Positions 8,136-16,422 of a stretch of 20,000 bases of DNA are shown here, piece after piece. Under the pieces are notes generated by a model that saw only the letters and a list, made by a program, of their open reading frames with translations, was not told where the DNA came from and did no database searches. Source of the stretch: an uncultured virus (IMG/VR IMGVR_UViG_3300029305_011943) (lineage: Duplodnaviria > Heunggongvirae > Uroviricota > Caudoviricetes); IMG/VR virus record IMGVR_UViG_3300029305_011943. The stretch is one strand, 5' to 3'. The position numbers and the translations under genes were made by a program. How positions within the stretch are numbered: position 1 is the stretch's first letter; each line of letters begins with the position of its first letter.

Positions 8136-8993
8136 ATGTTTTTCAGCCTTATATTAGAAAATGCAGCCGGTGACAAGATCGACATGACGGCTACATCAAA
8201 CCAATATATGACCTCTCAGATCGAGGGCTTGTCGCCTCCACCCGGAACGATCAGCACCTCTGGCTATGCTGGCATGGACGGCAGCTACCTGAACAACGCT
8301 TTCATTGAGAAGCGGAATGTGGTCATTCATTTCGAGATGCGTGGCGTGGGCGTAGAAGCCCGAAGGCATCAGCTATACAAGGTTGTGAAGCCGAGTAGAT
8401 ATGTTAAGGTCTACTACAAAACCGCAGGCATAGATGTGTTTACCGAGGGCTATGTCGAGACTTGTGAGGTCAGCAATTTTGAGCAGCTTGTCACGGGACA
8501 GATATCCATTCTCTGTCCGGATATCTACTGGTATTCTACGGAATCCGTCATGGCGTATTACAGCCAGATCACGGGCGCGTTCACATTTCCGTTCCCGACC
8601 GAGAGCAACCCGGAGCCGTTTGTTCTGGGAAAATATAATACACAAAACATCATGGAGATCATCAATGACGGTGACGAGATTGGATTCACACTGGTGATTG
8701 AAGCCCTCGAAGATGCGAGATCGCCTACGCTGTATAATGCGGATACAGATGAATATTTGCAAATCACCGGTGAGATTCTTGCGGGTGATATCATTACCGT
8801 CACAACAAAGACAGGTCATAAGACGGTCACGCTTGACAGAGGCGGTGTCAAGACAAATATCATCAACCGCCTTGTTTCAGGCTCAACATGGCTGACGCTG
8901 CGAGAAGGCAAGAACCGCTTCTATCTCCGCGGCACTGGACTGCAAAATCTGAGAGTGACTATCGTTCACACAAACGCTTATCTGGGGGTGTGA
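8136..8993 (+). CDS. Distal tail protein (Dit, siphovirus tail component)
   Basis: AAGGAGG RBS. GMDGSYLN..KRNVVI, ISILCPDIYWY, FTFPF, IINDGD and WLTLREGKNRF motifs; next structural gene after the TMP. Confidence 0.88.
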   Translation: MFFSLILENAAGDKIDMTATSNQYMTSQIEGLSPPPGTISTSGYAGMDGSYLNNAFIEKRNVVIHFEMRGVGVEARRHQLYKVVKPSRYVKVYYKTAGIDVFTEGYVETCEVSNFEQLVTGQISILCPDIYWYSTESVMAYYSQITGAFTFPFPTESNPEPFVLGKYNTQNIMEIINDGDEIGFTLVIEALEDARSPTLYNADTDEYLQITGEILAGDIITVTTKTGHKTVTLDRGGVKTNIINRLVSGSTWLTLREGKNRFYLRGTGLQNLRVTIVHTNAYLGV

Positions 8994-8994
8994 T

Positions 8995-10107
8995 ATGCAG
9001 ATCGAAGTGTATAACATGGAAGCAGATGAAAGCAATCTGACGATCACACTGGAAGCAGTGTGCGATAGCTTTTCCTCGCTCCTGTGGGACATTGAATACT
9101 ACCAGTGTGGCAGCTTTGAGGTGTATATCGCCGCCAATCCGGAGAATCTTGCTATCTTTCAGACCGGACGCATTGTCGGCAGAGATGATGACAACCGGCA
9201 TTTCGGCATCATTGAATCCGTTCAAATTGACACTGATGCAGAGAACGGCGACTATTTGACTGTAAAAGGCAGATTCCTTATGTGTCTGCTTGAACGCCGT
9301 ATTATCAATCCTACACTTTCTATCACAGCGGATATCGCTTACAGTGATATCGTCCGCAATGCAGTGATGCTGAATGCGATTCAGAATGACAATCGCCGTA
9401 TTCCGGGTCTTTCCCTCGGAACTGTGTCCGGTGATTGCTGGGAGCAGACTGCTACTTTGCAGGTTTCATATGCAAATCTGATGGAATGGGTGTATACCAT
9501 CTGTGAAAAAATCGGCGGCACAGCAAATATTCGTCTTGTAAAAGACGTTGGTGAGACATACAAGATGATGCTTGATCTCTCGGAGGGTACTGACCGCAGC
9601 CTGACACAGGATACTGAGCCGCATATCATCTTTTCGGATGCTTACAGCAATCTGCTCTCATTCTCCTATGCTTCCGATTCTGCTGTTACTCGCAACTACG
9701 CCTACATCTACGGTCACGGTGAGGGTTCTGAACGCAAGCACACCACATATTGTGTCGGTGATGAGCCTGCATATTTATCTCGCTATGAGCTGTATGTGGA
9801 TGCAAAGGATATTTCCGAGGAGGAGCAGGTCGAGGGTGAAACAGTACCGATTCCCGAAGAGAAGTATATTGAGCTGCTAAAAACAAGAGGCTCAGAAAAG
9901 CTGGTCGATCCAAAGACTGCCTCAGAATCAGAGATAGTGGCAGATTCCACTCAGTATGTCTACAACCGTGATTATTATGTCGGTGATTATGTGACCGTGG
10001 AGCATAAGCGTTTCGGAATGATACAGCCGAAGGTGCAGCTTATAGGGATGATTGAGGCTTTCGATCAGAACGGCAGAAGTCTAACACCGACATTCAGAAA
10101 GGAATGA
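8995..10107 (+). CDS. Siphovirus Gp37-like (ReqiPepy6-type) tail/baseplate hub protein
   Basis: SSLLWDIEYYQCGSFEVY, GIIESVQI, VKGRFLMCLLERRII, NYAYIYGHGEGSER, RYELYVDAKD and YNRDYYVGDYVTV motifs; follows Dit. Confidence 0.85.
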   Translation: MQIEVYNMEADESNLTITLEAVCDSFSSLLWDIEYYQCGSFEVYIAANPENLAIFQTGRIVGRDDDNRHFGIIESVQIDTDAENGDYLTVKGRFLMCLLERRIINPTLSITADIAYSDIVRNAVMLNAIQNDNRRIPGLSLGTVSGDCWEQTATLQVSYANLMEWVYTICEKIGGTANIRLVKDVGETYKMMLDLSEGTDRSLTQDTEPHIIFSDAYSNLLSFSYASDSAVTRNYAYIYGHGEGSERKHTTYCVGDEPAYLSRYELYVDAKDISEEEQVEGETVPIPEEKYIELLKTRGSEKLVDPKTASESEIVADSTQYVYNRDYYVGDYVTVEHKRFGMIQPKVQLIGMIEAFDQNGRSLTPTFRKE

Positions 10108-10111
10108 TAAT

Positions 10112-11488
10112 ATGGCATTTTCATGCGGTTTTTTCAATTCAAAAGGTCTTGACAGAACCTATACAGCAGAGAATTTCACGGAGTATCTCGGCAGTATCAT
10201 TTGCAACGGCATCCTCGACACATACGGTCAGATGTTCAGCCTGACTGCGGCATCTACAGGTCTGAAAGTAATTCTCGGAACGGGAAAAGCGTGGATCAAT
10301 GGACATTATTTCGTTAATGATTCCCGCTACACCATTGACCTGTCAGAGTATATGGATGAGTCCTTGCCACGCTATGTGGCGATCTCCATTGTGCTGGATA
10401 CTGCGGAATCTGTGAGAAATGTATCTCTTGAAATCTTCCCCGGTACGCCTGCGGAGAATCCGGGGCTGCCGACATTTCCGTCAAGCGATACGCAGAAGCG
10501 TCTGTTTATGTATGCAGTGCGTCTGAATCCCGGAGCGACAGAGCTTTCAGAACGTGACTGGTACGATTACCGTGAGGACGCTAATGTCTGCGGATACTGC
10601 AAGTGCATCCTCGGCAAATGCAAGGTCACGGAACTGATGTCACAGATGGCACAGCTTATTATTGAAGTGCAGGAAAACAACCAGACAATTGAGGAGCTTA
10701 CCAACAAAGTGGAAGAACTGACAGCAGAGGTTGAAGATATTGGTGATGTGATCTTAGCCGGACAGTGCGGCGATAATGTATACTATGTGCTGTATTCTAA
10801 CGGTAAGGTGCTGCTGAAAGGAACCGGCCCCATGTACGAGTACGATAGCTCCGACCGTTCGCCGTTCTACAGGAATGACGCAGTTAAGAAAGTTGTGGTA
10901 TCTGAGGGAATCACTTCTGTCGGATACGATGCATTTTTGCGCTGTATGAATCTTGAATCCGCTTCGCTTCCGTCAACGCTCACATACATCGGCAGCGGTG
11001 CCTTTATGCCTGCGGATGAATATCCGAGCGCAGCCGGAAAGCTGAACAGCATTACAATTCCCGATGCCGTTACAACAATCGGCGGTGGTGCTTTCTGGGG
11101 TGCTGCATTGCTCTCGCTGACGATTCCGCATAATGTTTCTTCAGTCGGCAGCTATGTGTGCAGAGATTGTACACGGCTGGTATCTGTTAGATACGAGGGC
11201 TCTGTGATCGGAGCGTATATGTTTGTGAGCTGTACGTCTTTGAGCGAATTCACAATCGCAAATACGGTTACAGAAATCAAGGAGCATTGCTTCAATTACT
11301 GCACATCACTGCAAACGATCACTTATGAAGGCAGTCTGGCGCAGTGGCAGGCAATTCCGAAAGGCACGAGCTGGGACGGTAAAGGCGGCTCCGGACTTGC
11401 TGTATCCGGTCTGACCCGTATCCAGTGTCTTGACGGATTTATGGAATGGGATGACGAGAACCATGAATGGAGAGTTGGTGAAGAATAA
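10112..11488 (+). CDS. Baseplate/receptor-binding protein with coiled coil and C-terminal BspA-type leucine-rich repeats
   Basis: Phage-type N-terminus (GFFNS..DRTYTAE..GKAWINGHY), heptad segment (~10630-10740), then GQCGDNVYYVL cap and repeats such as ITSVGYDAF, LTYIGSGAF, VTTIGGGAF and VTEIKEHCF. Confidence 0.8.
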   Translation: MAFSCGFFNSKGLDRTYTAENFTEYLGSIICNGILDTYGQMFSLTAASTGLKVILGTGKAWINGHYFVNDSRYTIDLSEYMDESLPRYVAISIVLDTAESVRNVSLEIFPGTPAENPGLPTFPSSDTQKRLFMYAVRLNPGATELSERDWYDYREDANVCGYCKCILGKCKVTELMSQMAQLIIEVQENNQTIEELTNKVEELTAEVEDIGDVILAGQCGDNVYYVLYSNGKVLLKGTGPMYEYDSSDRSPFYRNDAVKKVVVSEGITSVGYDAFLRCMNLESASLPSTLTYIGSGAFMPADEYPSAAGKLNSITIPDAVTTIGGGAFWGAALLSLTIPHNVSSVGSYVCRDCTRLVSVRYEGSVIGAYMFVSCTSLSEFTIANTVTEIKEHCFNYCTSLQTITYEGSLAQWQAIPKGTSWDGKGGSGLAVSGLTRIQCLDGFMEWDDENHEWRVGEE

Positions 11489-12846
11489 TGTGGAAATTCC
11501 TTGTAAAGAATCAGAGCATTGAGATCGTGGAGCGTGAAATTCTCGCTGACCACCAGATCCAGTATGTGCAGTTCAAATTCACATTTGACGGTGACTGGAA
11601 GCATTTTCACAAAGTCGTGCAGTTCTCACAGTGCGATGAGGTGTATTCCGTTGTTCTCGGCACAGAGGGAACGACATTGTATCTGCCTGCGGAGCTTCAC
11701 GCAGGTGCGGCGAAAATGGCTGTGTTCGGTTACGATACGGAAAGCGATACAACTGTGAGAGCGACAACGGTACCTGTGACGCTGAATATTCGAGAATCCG
11801 GCTTTGAGGGTGATGATCCGCCAATCCCGCCGACACCAGATCTGTATACACAGCTTCTGAAGCGTATTGAGGATGCTGAGCACGGTCTTGACGGCAAATC
11901 TGCCTATGAGATTGCTGTGGAGTACGGCTATGTTGGCACGGAAGAGGAATGGCTGGAATCATTACACGGCAAAGACGGTATTACGCCGGATATGTCGGAG
12001 TATCCGAAGACGACGGAAGTGCAGACCATTGTGGAGACCGTGATTCAGCCTGTAGCGGAGGAGGCGCACAGCCATTCCAATAAGGAAACGCTCGACCGCC
12101 TGACACCGGAGCTGATGCAGGAGCTTGAAGGCTTGCAGCAGTTTGAGGACAGCACCACCTATGAGATTCAGACGCTTAATGAAGCGGTGGAGAACCTCAG
12201 ACCGAGTACGCACAGCCATGCGAACCTCGATGTGCTGAATGCTTTGACAGCGGCGCTCCTTGCTGACCTGCAGGGGTTACAGCAATTTGAGGATGCAACC
12301 AACTATGATATCCACGATATTCGTGAGGCTCTGCTTCCTATTAGCTCTGCGGCGCATACCCACAACAATAAGGATGTGCTGGACACCATCACAGAACAGT
12401 ATATGCGAGATGAAGCCGCTTTCCATGCACAGACAGCAGACGCTCTGCATGGACTGTCTACCGGATTGAGCGAGGTTTCCGCACAGGCGCACTCTCATTC
12501 CAACAAGGCGGTTCTGGATAATATTACGCAGGAAATGCTCGACGATATTGCGTCCATCGGAACAGTAGTCGGGCAGGCGCACTGGCATCACAACCTCACA
12601 ACGCTGAACAGTATCACAGAATCCCACGTTACACGATGGAATGATGCGTATACAACGGCTATGAATCTGACTGAGCGTGTGGGGGTCAATGAGGGCGTGT
12701 TCGAGCGTTTCAAGACGGAGATCCTCTATGATATGCAGGGCGCAAAGACATCAATCACGGAGATCAATACCCGTCTGGTCGCATTGGAGGAAGCCCTCTC
12801 CGGAGTAGAGACTGCACTGGCTGATATTGTGGAGGTGAGTGAATGA
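11488..12846 (+). CDS. Tail fibre/upper baseplate-like protein with HxH repeats
   Basis: BppU-like N-terminal beta domain, PPIPPTPDLYTQLL linker, GKSAYEIAV..GTEEEWLESLHG motif of Firmicute fibres, five HxHxN repeats, and a C-terminal coiled coil. Confidence 0.72.
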   Translation: MWKFLVKNQSIEIVEREILADHQIQYVQFKFTFDGDWKHFHKVVQFSQCDEVYSVVLGTEGTTLYLPAELHAGAAKMAVFGYDTESDTTVRATTVPVTLNIRESGFEGDDPPIPPTPDLYTQLLKRIEDAEHGLDGKSAYEIAVEYGYVGTEEEWLESLHGKDGITPDMSEYPKTTEVQTIVETVIQPVAEEAHSHSNKETLDRLTPELMQELEGLQQFEDSTTYEIQTLNEAVENLRPSTHSHANLDVLNALTAALLADLQGLQQFEDATNYDIHDIREALLPISSAAHTHNNKDVLDTITEQYMRDEAAFHAQTADALHGLSTGLSEVSAQAHSHSNKAVLDNITQEMLDDIASIGTVVGQAHWHHNLTTLNSITESHVTRWNDAYTTAMNLTERVGVNEGVFERFKTEILYDMQGAKTSITEINTRLVALEEALSGVETALADIVEVSE

Positions 12847-13514
12847 GTATCGGAAACTATTTGACGGCTCTCGATGAGCAGAGAGATGCTTTAGCTCGCA
12901 ACCTTGTGACAATGGGTGTGCAGGCTTCGGAAACAGAAAAGCTGAATACCCTTGTTCCGAAAGTCCTGCAGATTCCGCAGACAAAACCGGATATCACGCT
13001 GTTCAGGGCTTCCATCGATGCTCTGCATGATTATGGCGAGAAGGTGTACACCTTCTATAATGACGGATATCGCAGCCTTGCAGGTTTCACTGAATCCTAT
13101 GAGCATTTTTGCTGTGAGGAGAACGGCTATGCGATCTACTACAATCAGCCGGACTTCAACTGGGGTGCTGTCATTTATACCATGTGTGTCGAGCCGGTTC
13201 ACATCAGCAACAATCGTAAGATCATGCTGAGTTATAAGTCCGGTGCAACGGATATCGGTGAGATGTGGCTCGTTCCGAAAAGCAATGAGCAGATGTCCGA
13301 GGCAGATACCGCTCGTTATATCTATGAAGCTATCCAGAATAACACTGCTATCTCGATTCCCTTCGGCTGGCTCGGTACTGTGAGCAATTATATCAATGTC
13401 CTGCACGAATGCAGCGGCATAAATGACGGAGAGTATTACCTTGCGTGGAAGGCTGTGACGGACAACACCAGTCCGATGATCCGTTCTGTGAAAATTGTTG
13501 ACGTTACAATATGA
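12843..13514 (+). CDS. Hypothetical phage protein, probably tail-fibre associated
   Basis: GGAGGTG RBS and ATGA overlap. Helical N-terminal segment (LARNLVTMGVQASETEKLNTLVPKVLQI) resembling clostridial fibre-associated motifs, then an aromatic-rich globular domain. Confidence 0.65.
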   Translation: MSIGNYLTALDEQRDALARNLVTMGVQASETEKLNTLVPKVLQIPQTKPDITLFRASIDALHDYGEKVYTFYNDGYRSLAGFTESYEHFCCEENGYAIYYNQPDFNWGAVIYTMCVEPVHISNNRKIMLSYKSGATDIGEMWLVPKSNEQMSEADTARYIYEAIQNNTAISIPFGWLGTVSNYINVLHECSGINDGEYYLAWKAVTDNTSPMIRSVKIVDVTI

Positions 13515-13528
13515 GGAAGGATGATTGA

Positions 13529-13990
13529 ATGAAAGAAAATATCTGTACTGCCGCCGGAGTCATCGGCGGCTTTTTTGCGGCATTGCTCGGCGGGTGGGAT
13601 TCAGCTTTGATCACGCTTGTGCTGTTCATGGCTATCGACTTTACAACCGGACTGATCGCCGCATCTATGGGCAGAAGCAAACACAGCAAGACCGGCAGAC
13701 TCAGCTCCAAGGCAGGCTGGGTCGGGCTTGCGAAGAAGTTCTGCATTCTGCTCATGGTCGTTGTGGCTGTCCGCATGGATATCATGATCGGTACCACATA
13801 TATCCGTGATGCGACCTGCATCGGCTTCTGTGTCAATGAGTTGCTTTCCATTATTGAAAACACCAGTCTTATGGGCATCCCGTATCCGCCTGCTATCAAG
13901 AAGGCTATTGAGGTGCTTCAGAAGAGAGCGCAGCACATTGACGATGATATTCAGGAAATGATCGATAAGATGGAGGATGATAAAAAATGA
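13529..13990 (+). CDS. Holin (toxin secretion/phage lysis holin family)
   Basis: LLGGWDSALITLVLFMAIDFTTG, SSKAGWVGLAKK and NELLSIIENTSLMGIPYP motifs; directly upstream of the lysin. Confidence 0.93.
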   Translation: MKENICTAAGVIGGFFAALLGGWDSALITLVLFMAIDFTTGLIAASMGRSKHSKTGRLSSKAGWVGLAKKFCILLMVVVAVRMDIMIGTTYIRDATCIGFCVNELLSIIENTSLMGIPYPPAIKKAIEVLQKRAQHIDDDIQEMIDKMEDDKK

Positions 13991-15165
13991 AATATCAGTA
14001 TTCCGTTTCCGTGCAGATCACGCCCCATTTCAATTCTACAGAATTCCGCTGTAAGTGCGGCAAGGAGCATGAGTTTGAGGTAAACGATACCCTCGTTCAG
14101 AAGCTCGAACAGCTCTATGACGCCCTCAACTGCTCCAAGATCATCGTAACATCCGGCTTCAGATGTTCCGCTCACGATAAGGCTGTGAAGGGCAGCGGTA
14201 CCGGACAGCATACACTCGGCAATGCAGCGGACATCTGCTGCTATGGTCAGGACGGACAGCCGATTTCATCTAAGGTGGTCTGCTGCAAAGCTCAGGATAT
14301 CGGGTTCACGGGTATCGCCAATATCACTGCTGCATATCAGTATACACACGTCGATGTGCGTCCCAATGGGAAATGGTACGGCGATGAAGTCCACGGCAAC
14401 AGCACGGTGACTGATGATTTTTACAAGTATTTCGGGGGTGAGGATATGAAGGGTATTGATGTAAGTGTACACAACGGCGACATCGACTGGGGTAAGGTCA
14501 AAGCTGACGGCATTGATTTCGCAATTCTGCGTGCGGGCTACGGCAGACTTGAAAAGCAGAAGGATGAGAAGTTTGAGCAGAACTACGCAGACGCAAAGGC
14601 TGTCGGTCTGCCTATCGGTGCGTATTGGTACTCCTACGCCATGACCCCGGAAGAGGCAGAACTGGAAGCGGATGTGTTCCTCTCGGTCATCAAGGGAAAA
14701 CAGTTCGAGATGCCTGTGTACTTTGACCTTGAAGAAAAGAAGCAGTTTGACCTCGGAAAGGAACAGGTCTCCGCGATCATGCGTGCGTTTCTGAAGCGTG
14801 TGGAGTCCGCCGGTTACTTTGTCGGTCTGTACGGCTCCGCTTCCTCTCTTACTACACATACTGCCGATGATATCAAGTCCTGGTATACGATCTGGCTGGC
14901 TCACTGGGTCGATCAGACCAATTACAGCGGAGCTTACGGTATCTGGCAGTACAGCGAGAAAGGCAAGGTCGCAGGCATCAACGGCAATGTGGATCTGGAT
15001 ATCTGCTACAAGGATTTCCCGACAATTATCAAGGGCAAAGGGCTGAATGGCTGGGACAAGGCAGAGCCAACTTCCACGCCTGCACCCGATAAGCCCGATA
15101 TCACCGTGACGGCTACCATCAAGATCGGCAATGACACTTACAAGGGCACGCTTATGAAGGAGTAA
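13987..15165 (+). CDS. Endolysin: N-terminal M15-type zinc peptidase fused to GH25 muramidase
   Basis: HFNSTEFRCKCG, TSGFRC, QHTLGNAAD and HVDVR (M15), then KGIDVS, FAILRAGYG, GAYWYSYA, PVYFDLEE, IWQYS and VDLD (GH25), a Pro/Thr linker and a short C-terminal segment. Confidence 0.92.
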   Translation: MKYQYSVSVQITPHFNSTEFRCKCGKEHEFEVNDTLVQKLEQLYDALNCSKIIVTSGFRCSAHDKAVKGSGTGQHTLGNAADICCYGQDGQPISSKVVCCKAQDIGFTGIANITAAYQYTHVDVRPNGKWYGDEVHGNSTVTDDFYKYFGGEDMKGIDVSVHNGDIDWGKVKADGIDFAILRAGYGRLEKQKDEKFEQNYADAKAVGLPIGAYWYSYAMTPEEAELEADVFLSVIKGKQFEMPVYFDLEEKKQFDLGKEQVSAIMRAFLKRVESAGYFVGLYGSASSLTTHTADDIKSWYTIWLAHWVDQTNYSGAYGIWQYSEKGKVAGINGNVDLDICYKDFPTIIKGKGLNGWDKAEPTSTPAPDKPDITVTATIKIGNDTYKGTLMKE

Positions 15166-15171
15166 AACAAT

Positions 15172-15195
15172 CGGGCAGAGGAATTTCTCTGCCCG
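15172..15195. terminator. Intrinsic terminator hairpin between the lysin and the convergent moron
   Basis: CGGGCAGAG-GAATTT-CTCTGCCCG, a perfect 9-bp stem, followed by ATTGTTTT on the minus strand. Confidence 0.8.
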
Positions 15196-15219
15196 GTACA
15201 TAGTACGCTAAATCATAAT

Positions 15220-15570
15220 TTAAGCTCTAAACCCATTATAGTAGCTAATAAAATCTTCTATTAATTCATTTCTCGGACGAGTATATTCATCTTCTATTCC
15301 GCCGTTCTCAAGGCTTGATATCCATTCCCAATCTATCATACAACCAACATCCATATTAATATTGTACTTTGCTTTTTTGATAAGAGGAACATCGGATACA
15401 TCCCCTAAACAAAACAAATATCCACATAATAATCTGATGTATTCCGAACTGCCATTTTGAAAATTATCAATCTCTTTTTCCAATAATTCCACTATATAAG
15501 ATTTAGAAATGACATTCAAGTCAAATCCTAATTCTTTAATCAGTTTTTCGGCACGTTGTTCATTTGTCAT
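15220..15570 (-). CDS. Hypothetical protein (AT-rich moron, 116 aa, acidic)
   Basis: GGAGG RBS, own promoter, visibly much lower GC than its neighbours. No family recognised. Confidence 0.8.
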   Translation of the reverse strand: MTNEQRAEKLIKELGFDLNVISKSYIVELLEKEIDNFQNGSSEYIRLLCGYLFCLGDVSDVPLIKKAKYNINMDVGCMIDWEWISSLENGGIEDEYTRPRNELIEDFISYYNGFRA

Positions 15571-15629
15571 AGTAGTCCTCCGATTATTTCCGATTTGTAG
15601 GGGAGATTAGATTGCCCCTGTCTGTTTTC

Positions 15630-15658
15630 ATTATACATCCGATCCCGGAAAAAGTCAA
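15630..15658 (-). promoter_or_regulatory. SigA-type promoter of the 116-aa moron gene
   Basis: Minus strand TTGACT-N17-TATAAT (-35 at 15653-15658, -10 at 15630-15635). Confidence 0.82.
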
Positions 15659-15687
15659 TGTGCTATACCCACACAGTCATCAGGCAC

Positions 15688-15729
15688 AAAAACTCCCCGG
15701 AACTGCTCAAAACGAACAGCTCCGAGGAG
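15688..15729 (-). terminator. Intrinsic terminator of hsp20
   Basis: Minus strand CTCCTCGGAGCTGTTC-GTTTT-GAGCAGTTCCGGGGAG followed by a T tract; 16-bp stem with G-U pairs. Confidence 0.85.
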
Positions 15730-15760
15730 CATTATTTCGGGATCATATCTTAGCGAGGTA

Positions 15761-16204
15761 TTATCCCTCAATTGCAATATACTTGTGATTTTCCAGCTTC
15801 TTAGGCTCTGCCTTCGGAACGCAGATGTTCAGAACACCGTCCTCAAACTTTGCCTTCACATCGGCTTCGGTAACAGTATCACCGATATAGAAGCTTCTCT
15901 GCATTGCACCGGCGTAACGTTCCTGACGGATCAGCTTGCCCTTCTCAGTCTTTTCGTCCTTGTCAAGACCCTTTGCGGCACTGACAGTCAGATAACCGTT
16001 CTGAAGCTCAAGATTGATCTGGTCTTTCTTGAAGCCGGGCAAATCGATAACGATCTCATAGTGGTCGTCATGCTCATGGACATCCGTCTTCATAACCTGC
16101 GCAGCGTGCTTGCCGTACAGCTTCTTCTCCACGTCTCTGCCGAAGTCAGGGAATCTGAAGAAATCATCGAATAAGTTTTCACCGAAAATGCTAGGATACA
16201 ACAT
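15761..16204 (-). CDS. hsp20: Small heat-shock protein (Hsp20/alpha-crystallin family)
   Basis: MKTDVHE..YEIVIDLPGFKKDQI, IRQERYAGAMQRSFYIG and AKFEDGVLNICVPK motifs; AAGGAGG RBS. Confidence 0.96.
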   Translation of the reverse strand: MLYPSIFGENLFDDFFRFPDFGRDVEKKLYGKHAAQVMKTDVHEHDDHYEIVIDLPGFKKDQINLELQNGYLTVSAAKGLDKDEKTEKGKLIRQERYAGAMQRSFYIGDTVTEADVKAKFEDGVLNICVPKAEPKKLENHKYIAIEG

Positions 16205-16315
16205 AGGTCAGTCCTCCTTTTTACTCGTCACATTGTTTCCATTGCTTCGAGCAAGGGGACGGAGGGTTCAGCACCCGGATCCTTTGGTGCTTCTCTGTTC
16301 CTTTGTTCTGACTAC

Positions 16316-16344
16316 ATTATAGCACTCTGGATTAGCACTGTCAA
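16316..16344 (-). promoter_or_regulatory. Consensus SigA promoter of hsp20 with extended -10
   Basis: Minus strand TTGACA-N17-TATAAT with TG-C directly before the -10. Confidence 0.9.
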
Positions 16345-16358
16345 GGGGAGAGTGCTAA
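16332..16358. promoter_or_regulatory. CIRCE operator (HrcA binding site)
   Basis: TTAGCACTG-N9-GAGTGCTAA, one mismatch from TTAGCACTC-N9-GAGTGCTAA, overlapping the -35. Extra half-site TAGCACTC at 16320-16327. Confidence 0.93.
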
Positions 16359-16422
16359 TTTTCACATAGGTTTCAAATTTTTGACAGAAATGTCACATAG
16401 GCTAAAAACCACATCCGCATGA

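Noticed and set aside
10112..13514. Diversity-generating retroelement or invertible shufflon acting on the fibre genes
   Set aside because: No reverse transcriptase, no adenine-variant template/variable repeat pair, and no inverted fibre-tip cassettes were seen in the window.
14266..15201. 311-aa minus-strand ORF over the endolysin
   Set aside because: Antisense to a well-supported gene, starts inside the terminator region, and shows no motifs.
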